A stretch of DNA of 64,000 bases from Vicugna vicugna (lineage: Eukaryota). The translations under genes and the position numbers were made by a program. Of this stretch, positions 1 through 11,749 are shown one piece after another. The notes under the pieces were generated by a model, which saw only the letters and a program-made list of their open reading frames with translations, was not told the origin of the DNA and made no database searches. The stretch is from contig MU058418.1 of the NCBI GenBank assembly GCA_013265495.1, positions 1,886,917-1,950,916 on the forward strand, read 5' to 3'. Position 1 is the first letter of the stretch. Every line of letters starts with the position of its first letter.

Positions 1-1170
1 TTGTTCTTTTTGGTGTCATGTTTAGGAAACCATTATTTAGTCCACAGTCATGAAGATTTACTCCTATGTTTTCTTCTAAAAATTTTGTAGTTTTAGCTCT
101 TACATTCAGGTCTGTGGTCCATTTTTGGTTAATTTTTGAATGCAGTGTGAGGTAGGGGGTCCAACTTTATTCTTTTGAGTGTAGTTATTCAGCTGTCTCA
201 GTATAATTTATTGAAAAAGACTCATCTTTCCCCATTGAATTGTTCTGGCACCCTTGTCAAAAATCCATTGACCATTAATGTAACAGTGTGTTTATGGACC
301 CTCAACTCTGTTCCATTGATCTGTATGTCTGTTTTTATGCCAGTACCACTATGTTTTGACTACTGCAGACCTGTGGTAAGTTTTGAATTTAAGAAGTATG
401 AGTCCTCCAACTTTGTTCTTTTTCAAGATTTCTTCAGCTATTTTGAGTTCATTGCCATTTTTATGTAAATTTTAGGGTCACCTTATCAATTTCTGCGAAA
501 AAGAAAAAAAGCCATTTGGGAATTTGGCAGGGATTGCATTGAATCTGTAGATCAGTTTGAGTACCATTGCACCTTAACAATGTTAAGTCTTCTGATCCAT
601 GAACATGGAATGTCTTTTCATTTATTTAGGTCTTCTTTAATTTCTTTCAACAGTATTTTATAGTTTTCAGTGTACAGATCCTGTACTTCTATGGTTAAAT
701 TAATTCAAAAATATTTTATTCTTTTTTATATTATTATAAATGGATTGTTTTCTTAATTCTGTTTTCAGTGTTCATTACTAGTGTATAGAAATACAATTGA
801 TCTTGTATCTTGCAACCTTTCTAAACTTGTAAATAGCTTAGTTGTGTGGATATGTATGTATTCCTTAGGATCTTCTATATAAAAGATTATGTCATCTGCA
901 AATAGAGATAGATTTACTTGTTTCATTTCACTCTGGATGCCCTTTATTACTTTTTCTTGCCTAATTGCCCAGCTAGATCCTCCAGTACAGGTTCAATAGA
1001 AATAGTGAGAGTGGATATTATTCCTGATCTTAAGGGAAAATTTTCAATCTTTCACCATTAAATATGATGTTAGCCATGAGTTTTTCTTAGATAACTTTTA
1101 CCAGGTTGAGGACATTGCTTCTATTCCCAGCTGGTTGATGATTTTATCATGAAGGGGTTTAGGATTTTAT
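1..1170 (-). mobile_element. Old L1 ORF2 fragment, antisense
   Basis: Typical antisense L1 motifs: ttatgccagtaccactatgttttgactactg, gggattgcattgaatctgtagatc, atgtcatctgcaaatagaga. Confidence 0.85.
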
Positions 1171-2479
1171 CTATATGTAATACTCTTTTGCATTTTGTTT
1201 TTTTCATGTAACAGTATATCCTGGAAATCACTCCAAATAAGTTCATAGAGATCCCTCCCATTTTTTAAAACAGCTATATAGTTCTCTCTTGTGTGTACAT
1301 ATTGGTGAATGTAATTTAAGTGTAAAATTAAATACAATTTTAGGAAATCAACTTTCCAGATGATCTTAAACATTCTTTAAGCCTTATGGATTCTATATAG
1401 CTCACTACATTTATCCTTTATCACATTTATTTATTACCTCTGTTTATCTATTTCTACTCTTCATATTAATGAGAGTATTAATTTATGAGTATGGCAAGAA
1501 TACCCAATCCCCATTTCTATTGCCAAATACTAATTTCCATAGAAATCAAATACTGAAGTAGAAAATAGGGATAGAGTGAGTTATATTGATTTTTAAAAAT
1601 TCAACTCCCAAAATCTTAATTCAGTACTTACTTTAAGTTAGGCTCATCAGATAATACTGAAGTATGGTTCACATTCCTGAGGACCTTATATCCGGTGTAT
1701 AAAAGGGGGACAGGCCCATAAGTGGTTCAAATACAAGACATAAAAGAGGTTCACAAGCTATAGAAGGAATTTAAAGAAAAGAGAGGTCACATCTGGGGAA
1801 CCAGGAGGGGAAGCACAGAGTGGAGCCATTTGGGAAAACTTGAAGAATGAGTTTTTTAATGGGCAGAGATGACCATATGATCATTCTAAGTAGAGAGAAG
1901 ACCTTTCAGATACTCAGGCATAGGCATATGAAAGGGCAGAAGGGTACTAGGGAAAAAGTGAGAGGCCCAGCTTGATCCCACCTGTGGTTTTCATGCATAG
2001 TTGACATATGGATTCTTTTATTCAATGTAATCTTTTTATTTTAATGTAATCTTATGAAGAGTACCAAGAGGTAAAACAGATAAAAGTGGGGTTTTTCTGG
2101 TTTAAATGGAGATTGAGAGGCTTATAAGTCACTTCCTGAGATCCATCCAGGGAGCAAATGTTGAAAGTCACTGGGTAGGAACACAGAGCGGGGTTGGGAA
2201 GGCATTAGGGTTATTTTTATATATATGAATATGTGACTATATATAGTAATCTAAATGTGTGTCTGTGTTTATATACTGTTACAAATGTAAGATAAAAGGA
2301 GGTCTGATGATATAATAAGGAGGAATAAATGATGGAGACATTAAAAGGAACAAGAGGAAGGGAGGAAAGGGAAGAAGGAAGGAAAGAGAAAGAGAATAAA
2401 ATTGTTCACTGCTATCAAAGCCAAAGGTGGAGAGTGTTTCAAGAAGAAATGAGTCACTGAAAAGTTGTACAGATGGCAA

Positions 2480-3210
2480 ATAACCACATAAAATAATATT
2501 CAACAGCATTAGTTATTAGAGAATGCAGTTAAAACTCCAGTGAGAAACCACCGTATACCCCCTAGAATGGTTAAAATTTAAACTGACTGTTCTGAGTCTT
2601 GGCAGGATGTGGAGGATCTGGAATGCTCATATGCTGTTGATGGGAATGCCAAATGGTCAGTTGCCTTGGAAAACTGTTTGGCAGTTTCTTAAAAAGTTAA
2701 ACATGTACTTATCATATGATCCAGACATTTCACTCCTAGGTATTTATTAAAGCAAAATGAAAGCACTTTCCATACAAAGACAAGGGTAAATGTTTATAGC
2801 AGGTTTATTTTAAATAACCAAGAACAGGAAAGAACTCAAATGTCCATCACTAGGTGGATGGATAAACAAATTGTGGTATATTCATGTAATGGAATATTAC
2901 TCAGCAATACAAAGAAATGAATTATTGATATATACAATAGAGATGAAGCCAGACCAAAAAACAGAGTACATCCTGCATGACTGTATTTATATAAAATTTT
3001 AGGAAATACATTCTAATCTATAGTTGCAGAAAGCAGAGCAGCAGTTGCTTGAGGAAGGGGGCTGGGTGAGAGGAATGGCCATGGTCATTATTCTGACAGC
3101 AGTGATGGTTTCACAGTTGTATAAATATGTCAACACTTATTTAATTGTACACTTTAAATATGTGCTATTTCTTGAATGTCAATTATATCTCAATAAAGCT
3201 ATTGTTTTTA
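2480..3210 (+). mobile_element. Old L1 (L1M-type) ORF2 end and 3'UTR
   Basis: Motifs catatgatccagacatttcactcctaggtattta and aaatgtccatcactaggtggatggataaacaaattgtggtata; ends aattatatctcaataaagc. Confidence 0.85.
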
Positions 3211-3443
3211 GGGGAGGGAGGGAAGAGGAGAAGAGAGAGAAAGAGGAGGAAGAAGTTGATTGAGTTAAACGTAGGGGGAAGAACTAGAAGAGTAGGGATT
3301 AAAATGAAGCTATTTGACATTCTCGAAAGTTCATTGCTGACTCTGAGAGAGCAGTTCTAATGGGGTTGGAGTGAAAGCCAGACTTCCCGAGCTAAGGAGT
3401 GAGAGAATGATACAAATGTAGAAGCAGGTATAATTACAGCTTC

Positions 3444-3807
3444 TGCATTAGTCTGCTGGGGTAACCATAAAAAATATCATCAACTGAGTGGTTTACACAG
3501 CAGAAACTTATTTTTTCATAGTGATGGAGGCTAGAAGTCCAAGATCAAAGAGCTAGCATGGTCAGCTTCTAATGAGAGCTCTCTTCCTTACACATTCTCA
3601 GTGCACCTCACTTGGCAGAGAATGTTTTGGTGTCTCTTCCTCTTCTTTTAAGGACATCAGCCCTATCTGATTAGGGCCCCACCCTTATGACTTCATCTAA
3701 CTCTAATTACCTCCCAAAGGTCCCCATCTTCAGTACCATCACATTGTGGGGTTAGGGCTTCAACATAAGAATTTAGGGGAAGACACAAACATTTAGTCAG
3801 TAATAAC
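3444..3807 (-). mobile_element. MaLR solo LTR (MLT1-type)
   Basis: tgcattagtctgct...ggaggctagaagtccaagatcaa...ggcccacccttatgac-like...ggttagggcttcaacataagaattt, the typical MLT1 reverse strand. Confidence 0.85.
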
Positions 3808-4069
3808 TCTTTCAGAAGTTGGGTCAGAATTAAAGAGGAAGCTGGAGAGGGTAGGAAAATTCAGAATAAAATAGATGTGAACATATTTGTAGGAAGGGGC
3901 TGGAAAAGAAGCAGCAGTTGAGAACAGAAATGAAAGACTAGCATTTGTGAGATCTTGAGTGCAGGTATGAGAATCAGGGAGCTAAGGCGTTCAATTCGGT
4001 AGCTTCTCTGGTCCAGGCCAGGCAGTGAGCTAAGGGATGAAAATATCTGGGCTCATGAAATCCTCCCAG

Positions 4070-4200
4070 CAGCCCCAGGAGATGGAGGATATCATCCCCT
4101 TTTTCTAGGTAAGAAAACAGGTTCTGAAAGCTTAAGGAACAGAGCCAAGATCACCAGCTGAGTGTCAGCACTGGGATCTGACAATAGAGCCTGTTTTCTT
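4070..4200 (-). mobile_element. MIR SINE fragment
   Basis: Degenerate MIR core: atcccctttttctaggtaagaaaacagg...ccaagatcaccagctgagtgtcag. Confidence 0.6.
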
Positions 4201-5048
4201 CCCTAGTAGCTCACTCATAGCCTTTCTAAGACTTCTTGAGTCTTCTGAACTGGTATATTTTACTATTTCTAGGATATTGGGATAGCCCAAGAGTCTTCAG
4301 AAAAACAGAATGCAAACTTTAGACTTCTTACTCAAGATTTTTTCTTTTACCCCATTTTCCTGATGTCTCCTTCAGTAATTCAGATATGGAAAACTCAAAG
4401 GAGAATAGTCTTTCCTTTGAAGGCTTAATATTTTTTTTTAGTTAGTATTTTAGAAAAATGTAAAAGAATTCCATCCATCATGCCCTGTAGCTCCATAACC
4501 AAAAGGCCAAAAGGAACATTGGAAGATAGAGAATTCCCTTTTCCTCTTCCCCTTCTACCTTCCCCTCTCTCCCCACCTTCCCTCCACCGCTCCCTCCTCC
4601 ATCATTACATTGTGCATGGCAGCGTATACAGCCCACATCCATTTGCTTAGGCTACCCCAGAATGGGCACCCTGAGACAATTTTTCAGATCTTGCAGCCAT
4701 GAGGTCCATCAGCTATATTTCTTAAGAGGCCACTCTATGCAAAGCACTCTAACCAGCCCCCTGGTAGAATGGAGAGTTGTTTTCCAGAGCACTTTGGACA
4801 ACTCTGCTGTATTCTGGAAATAGTCACACTTAGTGCCTCACCCCTTCATTATTCACAGTGGTATCTCTCTTCCCTTCCCTCCCTACTCTGTCTTCTCTCC
4901 CTTTTACTTCCTCCTACCTGCTGTGGACCTAGCCATTTACCTGTATTTGGGGGTCAGTTATGGCTGTGAGATAATTTTACAGCCAGTACCACAGGACTTA
5001 CAAATCCAACAAATTTAATTTAATTGACTTTGGTTTGAAATATTTTAG

Positions 5049-5206
5049 GAAATAAGTTCAGATCTGAGAAATAATAGTGGAGTGGGTCCAACCAGAAGAA
5101 GAAATTCCAGAATTGTGAATGGCATAGAAAACGTGCTGTTAGCCCCAACTCCAAAAGTCCCAGACACCCTTACTCATCCTTCAGAAAGATTCCAGTCTAC
5201 CAAAAG
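5049..5206 (+). CDS. CCDC162: CCDC162 probable internal exon (EISSDLRNNSGVGPTRRRNSRIVNGIENVLLAPTPKVPDTLTHPSERFQSTK-R)
   Basis: ttttag acceptor; 158 nt open; ends in phase 2 at AG|gtactg (weak donor), matching the phase-2 start of the next exon. Confidence 0.6.
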
Positions 5207-6332
5207 GTACTGCCCGGGAGTGGAGGTGGGGGGTTGTTTATAATAACAAAACTATTGCCTTTTAAGTCTGTTAATAGCATAGTGTTGTGCGACCAAAGGA
5301 TGTCTAAACTCCCAGAGTGACCAGCATGTGTTAAGTTTTTAAGACCTTGTGTGAAGACCTTGTATGAACACTGAGAAGGTTCAGCCCCTCCTATTATTCT
5401 CCAATCTCTGAAGGAGAGTCAACAGTTCCTAATTTTAACCTCTTTTTTCTTCTTTTCTCCCCATCTTCCTTCCTCTTTCTCTTCCCCTCTTCCCCTCCTT
5501 CTTCCCTCTCTCTATATTTTTTATAACTCCAAAGAGTTTAGAGCATCAGGAAGAAGAATATGAGTATCTCCAAAATTTCCATGTCTATTTTAAACAGAAA
5601 AGCACAGAAGGTGCTTTTTTCTGTGTAAAATATTCAAACTTTTCTTCTTGCTTAGAATATTAAAATAGTACATTGTCAGAGAGGCCCGGTCTCTACAGAC
5701 AGATATTTATAAGCCAGAGATGCCCTATTATATCTTGATCTCTTAGTATGACAGAGAAAGAGAGAGGTTTGTATTCAGTAATAATTATGAATACTCAATA
5801 TTTTATTGAGGCATATCAATGACACTCTAGTCTAATTCTGGCAAATTTAGAATGAAAAAAAAATAACAGGCAAGACTACTCTATTCCCCAAGATACCATT
5901 AATCTGACACATGTCCAGAGTTCAAGTGTCCTTACTCCACATTCCCAAAGAATGGAAGATTTAGGATCAATATGTCTGGTCGTAAGGATCCTTAGGAGGC
6001 CACTTCAGTCCAGGTACCCCTACCTTTCAGGCCAGGAAGGCACAAAGGCACAGGGTAGTATAAACACTGGTCCAGGCTATGAAGTTTGGGACTGAGCAGG
6101 GACTGCTGATGCATGAATCAGGCACACAAGGGTCCCCAACCAGGATGGTGACACATCAGCATCCCAGTGATTACAATGAGAAATGCTTGAAGCCGGTGAG
6201 AAATTCCCTCTTGCTGCAGTGTCCCGTGTGCAGCCTCAGGTGTTCCTGTCCTCCAGAGAGCTCTTGAGTGGTCTCCTTGTTATGTCCTCCTACATCCTGC
6301 CTTGGGCTCAGGTGTCTCTGTTCACTTGTCAG

Positions 6333-6444
6333 GGCTCCAGAAGCTTTCGTGTCTATTCAACTAGAAAAGGTGGGGCTGCGGGACACGATGCTGAACGCCT
6401 TCCTCCTCAGGAAACAGGCCACGGCTGACAGAGCGAGGAACCTC
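6333..6444 (+). CDS. CCDC162: CCDC162 exon (APEAFVSIQLEKVGLRDTMLNAFLLRKQATADRARNL)
   Basis: ttcacttgtcag acceptor; CTC|gtgagt donor; 112 nt; phase 2 to 0. Confidence 0.85.
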
Positions 6445-7271
6445 GTGAGTGTAGTAAGAAGGGCTCCCCAAAGCTCTCATCATCTTTTACATCTGAGCAA
6501 ATCTGTTGCTTTCAGCCTATTTGGATAGAACCATTGAAAATACAAAGAACTGAAAAAGGGGTGTTCAATCAAAAATAGAAGGGAAGGAATTCAAGCTAAT
6601 TGCAATCTAGTTTAAAAAATATGTACAATTTTCCAAGGCCATATTTTTTTTTGTCGCTTTGTAAACAGAACTAGTTTCAGCACCTGCCCTGAAATACTAG
6701 ACCACTCCTGAGTGACCCGCAGGTGCGTAGGGGGCTTAGACAAGGTGAGCGAGGGCTCTTGCCATCTAACTCACCTGTAATCTTGGTTTCTCAGACACCA
6801 CCGCCATGTTTCTATTTAAGGGTTTTATACTAGCCTAATCTTTTGAAAAGTATTATAAAATTCAAGCTTTGAGTCAGTCAAAAGTGTTGCTTAACTTTAT
6901 AGATATCATTTCATTACTCATTAATTTTTTGATGAGGAAGTCATTAGGCTAATATGTAGTAATTTGGGAAAGAAATAACAAGATTTACAATCTCTAGGCT
7001 TTGTTTCTACCTGTGACTGAAAGGGAAAGACTTCAGTTTAGCTAATCCAGTTCTACAAATTGGATATGATGGAGGCTAGATCTTCTAGATTACTGCTGAG
7101 CAATGATGGGGGCAAAAGACCCCTTTTGATAAGTAATTGAGATATTAAATTACTTTTTTTTTACTGTAATATTCAAAAAAATATTGACCAAGTGAAAAAT
7201 ATATGAGCTCGTTAACTGCCCTTCAGGAATATCCGGTGCCTATCTGATTAAAAAGGACTCAGGCAATATAA

Positions 7272-7800
7272 CTGTCAGTTTTGCCAAGGTCTGGGATTTT
7301 AGCCTACTTAAGCTAATAAGTTAGCCTGTTACTGTTCTGAGGATGCTGGCAGAAAGCACAAGACTCCTCAGTCAGAGACAGAGAACTTCATTACTCACAG
7401 CAGAGCCAGCATCGTGAGCCTTCTGCTTGTGTCAGTTCCCTCTGCCTCCCAAGTCCCACGAGGGCAACATGCAGGAGCCCAGGGGTACGTAACGCAGTTT
7501 TGTGTCACCGTTGAGTAACACTGAGCTTGGGAATCCACTGATTTTATAGCAAACCTCTTCTTTTTCCTGGAGGGAGACATGACCTCGTCCATCCAGACTG
7601 CTCTCTGCAAACATAACTGTGAGAAATGGTTCAGGTAAAGAGTGGGCCTTGCATTCTTGGTATACTCACAAGATGTGCAGAAGTAGGAAAGACCCGCGGA
7701 GGAGTGCCTCCCTGCGGGCTGACCTTCAGAAAGAATACCTCAGCTGTGTGGCCGTTTCCTGCTTTCAGTTGCCTGTGAGTCTGTATACATGTACGAGCTT
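7272..7800. mobile_element. Degenerate LTR-like element (ERVL/ERV1 solo LTR, family unassigned)
   Basis: LTR-like motifs agcacaagactcctcagtcagagacagagaacttcattactcacagc; family not recognised with certainty. Confidence 0.45.
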
Positions 7801-7857
7801 GGGGAATTCTTATAGCCAACTGTCTAACAGGAGAACTGTCTTCCTCTTTTATCACAG

Positions 7858-7907
7858 GATGAAATTGGGAAAGTCAAGAGAGATGTCATAGTTGAATATT
7901 GTCAGAA
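7858..7907 (+). CDS. CCDC162: CCDC162 exon (DEIGKVKRDVIVEYCQ-K)
   Basis: ttcctcttttatcacag acceptor; AA|gtaagt donor; 50 nt; phase 0 to 2. Confidence 0.85.
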
Positions 7908-8288
7908 GTAAGTACAGAATATATGTGAACTACACATGCTGATTTCTAACTCTGAACTCAACACATAGCAGTATTAGATAGAAATCCAGACAATGAATCA
8001 ACTGGTTTATGTTTAAATAAGCCACAGTCCTATTGGGTGAGAGCAAACTAAACGGGCCTCTGACACACAGAGGAAGAAGCATCGGAAGTGAAGGGTAAGA
8101 GGCACCCGGAAAAGGTCCATGCCTCTGCCTTCAGGCAGTAGCAAGCTGACAAAGACAGAAGTTTCTTCCTGACAGAGGTCCTCTAGTCTCTTTGAAATGT
8201 GTCCATAGAAGTAGATTCTGGAACTTCTGTGAGAGAGAGAACAACTTGGATTCACCTCTGAACATCATCTCTTCTTCTGACTTTCCAG

Positions 8289-8465
8289 GTTCAACCACCG
8301 TATGTCTCACTATGCTCTTCGTGGTCAGATCATGGCATACTGCAACAGCCTGAGAGCCCTGCTGAACCATTTCCCAACCATCAGGGATACCTTTTTCATG
8401 CTGGGACAACCACAAGAAAAGAAGGGGTTGAGGGACTCCAAGGAGGGCCTCAAGGCTGACCCCAG
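8289..8465 (+). CDS. CCDC162: CCDC162 exon (FNHRMSHYALRGQIMAYCNSLRALLNHFPTIRDTFFMLGQPQEKKGLRDSKEGLKADP-R)
   Basis: ctgactttccag acceptor; CAG|gtatgg donor; 177 nt; phase 2 to 2. Confidence 0.88.
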
Positions 8466-9042
8466 GTATGGAATTTCCTTTCTTTCCTTTAGGTGTGGTA
8501 TGACCTTATTATTCATCCCCCCAATACCCAACCCCTCCCAGTGGAAAGGCATGTTAAGTTTGGGATGGAAATCTTGCTCCCTTTACTGCATTTGACCTTG
8601 AATTTCTGGTCCAGAAGGGCAAAAGAAAGAATTGACACTCCATGAATAAGAGTATCTTTGTATTTGAACCCAGAAAGAGTTCTTTGTTTATGGGCTGTTT
8701 GACTGCTTTTTCAGTCTATGCAGTTTTGTTTTCCCCTGCAGTGCCCAGAGATTTTCATCAGTCACACCCTTTTATATAAGCCAGGATCTAAAATAAGCAA
8801 ACAAATAAGTAAACTTTATCTTGAACTGTTCTGGCTTTAGATATTTTACTCAATAAAGTAGAAGAAATATTCAAGAAAAGAAAACAAAATACTCCTGATA
8901 TACACTGATACTCCAGTGCCTTGGATAAATCAGTGTCCTTCTGTACTTCTCTGACAGAGAAAAAATATATATGTAGAGTGATATTAAGTGATGAAAGTGG
9001 AGCTGCTTCCATACTTCCTTGTTGTGCCTTATCCAAAAGTTC

Positions 9043-9130
9043 TTTTTTTTTTACTGAAGTATAGTCAGTTTACAATGTTGTGTCAATTTCTGGTGTACAG
9101 CATAATGTTTCAGTCATACATGTACATATG
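9043..9130 (-). mobile_element. Short 5'-truncated lineage-specific L1 tail with TSD
   Basis: Poly-T followed by actgaagtatagtcagtttacaatgttgtgtcaatttctggtgtacagc; flanks tatccaaaagttct / tatccaaatgctct. Confidence 0.85.
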
Positions 9131-9449
9131 TATCCAAATGCTCTTAATTCAGCCTACCTAGAGTTCACTCACCTGGATGGAGGACTTGTCATACTTGTTC
9201 TATAACTGACCACGTTTCCTTTAAGAAAAAGAAAGGGATGTTACGGTTACTCAGCCTCCAAGAGGGAGCAAAATACCCTGTAGGGTGAGCTTACCTCCCT
9301 CCTTACTGTTTTTCCCTTACAGCACGGGGCTTAATGCTGAGTAACAGTAATACTTAAAAATATGGTCATAGGACAGAGAGATGGAATGCAATTGGAAGAC
9401 CATTTGTATCAGACCGTTCTTTCACTCACTTACCATTCATAATTGTTCA

Positions 9450-9720
9450 ACCATTATTTGTTCAGTGCTTACTTAGTACTAGGCACTTTGCTTGTATGCT
9501 GGAGTTACAAATGTGAGTCACTGACTCTGGCAATAAATTCAACCTAGTGAGGGAAAGCTCTATACACAAACAAGCAACTTCAAAGATTTCAAAGATAACA
9601 TGTTAGAGTTATGTGAAAAATCCTGTGAGGACACAAAAGAGAACATGTTTGACTCTAGCCCAAGGCCTCAGAGAGAGATTCACAGAGGAGGTGACAGGTA
9701 GATTGGAGTTCACCAAGGCA
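9450..9720 (-). mobile_element. L2 3' fragment
   Basis: ttatttgttcagtgcttacttagtactaggcactttg, resembling the reverse L2 tail. Confidence 0.55.
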
Positions 9721-10729
9721 ATGGGGATAATAGAATAGGTTAGAGAATGCTAGAGAATGAAAGAAGTTGAGTCCATCTGCCCTTGGCCATCTGATAGCTG
9801 GATATCAAAATAGTGGCCAGTCCAACCTTAATACTTATAAGGTGCCTAGTGTGTGGCTTACCAATGTTTCGTCTCTTGGGTACATTCCCTTGAGTAGACT
9901 TCAGGATTTACCTAATGGAAGAATGCCTTAGAGGAGTAGGGCAAAGATGCCTCAGTAGACTGACTATTTTGCTGAAAGTTTTGACTGGACATCTGTTGCC
10001 CAATGGAATGAAGCGTGTCTTTCTCTCCTATGAAACATCACAGGATAATCCTCTGAGATTTCTTAGTTCCATTCTCTCATCCACCCACTAGCCATGTAAA
10101 CCATTTATAAGCCCAATCTACATTCGGGATCAAATTTTAAAATAGTTTATAGAAGTCTATCCACAGGTTTGCTACATTTGTATTTAGGATAAAATGGATT
10201 CAGGAAGTCTATTTGGATTCTGATCTGTTTTATTTGCAGCAACCAAATAAGAAAACCAGGAAATAGGGAAAAAAATTTCTCCAGTGTGCAGGTCTTGGTC
10301 TATTCCTTTAGTGATTTTTGTGAATGACATGTGTTCCCTAAAGATTAAGGGGAAACAGTCTTTTAAGGGAGAGAGACTAGAGCCCTCAATCATCTGGCCC
10401 GTTAATGTGTGATCATTTCAGGACAGAGCTTTGGGCCAGGAAGGTATGAGCAAAGTGAGTGCCCACCCAGAGCCCAAGTCACACAGATTCAGAGGTTCTC
10501 CGCTACACCTGTCTCCTGCTTCCTAAACTCTCTCAATTTTTAGCATATCCCTTTTAATACACTTACATAAAGTGGAGTGTAGAGAAAGGAACTTCTGTGT
10601 TCTGTGGAAGTTTGGAAAAGATACTGAACATGATTCTTTCTAACTCCAAAGTCCACAAATCCATGCCTAGAGTATCAGTAAAAATTGAACCTCATCCATG
10701 AGAGGATATCATGCAGAGAGTCATAACCT

Positions 10730-10850
10730 GGGAGTTAGAATATTTGGATTTGACCCAGCTCAGTCATGAGTTGTTCTGAGGTCTTAGGCAAATCACTTTT
10801 CCTCATTCTCCAGACTTCAACTCTTCATCTAAAGAGTAAGGAAATTGAAG
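10730..10850 (+). mobile_element. MIR SINE fragment
   Basis: gaggtcttaggcaaatcacttttcctc...cttcatctaaagag, a MIR core. Confidence 0.55.
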
Positions 10851-11749
10851 CATCTCTTTAAAGTTAAACATGATAAGTGCTTAGTGTCTAGAGCTTTATT
10901 CCAAGGAATGGGACTCTTGAGGAAAGACTTGCTAGAAAGGGGCCATTTAAGAATGTTCATGAAATGATCAATGGGAGTCATCTCAGGCCAAGGTTCATGA
11001 GAGATGAAGGGACAGAGGACAGAGCTGAAGAATGAGGGTCATGGAAGACAGAGGTCCTCATCATATTCATAAAATAAGGAGTTGGGTTAGATGGAGGATA
11101 AGAAATAAATTTTACTTTAAATGTCAATTCCAACTACATGTTGGTGTCCTGCTGAAGACTGAGACATCCCAAGCTTGTGAGATTGTTGTGAGTGATTGGC
11201 AGTGTCTATCATGATCATGGAATAGGAGAAAGGGGAAAGGAGGTTGTGTTTGCCATGCCCTTGACTAGAAGACCTCCATAAATTCTGTAGGCTTAAAATT
11301 CTAAGAAAATACTTCTTCCTTAAAAGGCTGTAACATACTGCTTAGTTTTAGCACAGAAGCCCTGCCTGTGAACCAGAATCTAAAAAGAAGAGGAGCCAAA
11401 GGAAGCTCTCCTCCAAAGGATGCCTCTTGAGGGATCTGTCCCCTTATGGCTCTAGAGGAACCTGGAGTCTGGAGACTATGATGACACTCAGCCACACTCC
11501 TAAGACCAGTGGTGTTGGCTGGTAGAGGAGCAAAGAATGGACAGAGAAAGGGCACTAACCTTATTCAAGCCTTTATTAAGCCTTTATGGTATGACAGGCA
11601 GAGCCACCACTCTCCAGTACTGCTGCTTGATGCAGAGTAGAAGAAGGTACCATGTCCTTTGGGCAGATGTAACCCCATGCCAGGGTGCAGAGCTTGGCAA
11701 ATATAGGCTGGATCTCAGCCATTGCTGGTTGCCTCAGGGAACAAACTGA

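Noticed and set aside
4273..4428. Possible additional upstream exon (tttctag|GATATTGGG...)
   Set aside because: There is an acceptor-like site and a short open frame, but no convincing donor and no recognisable peptide, so it cannot be supported.
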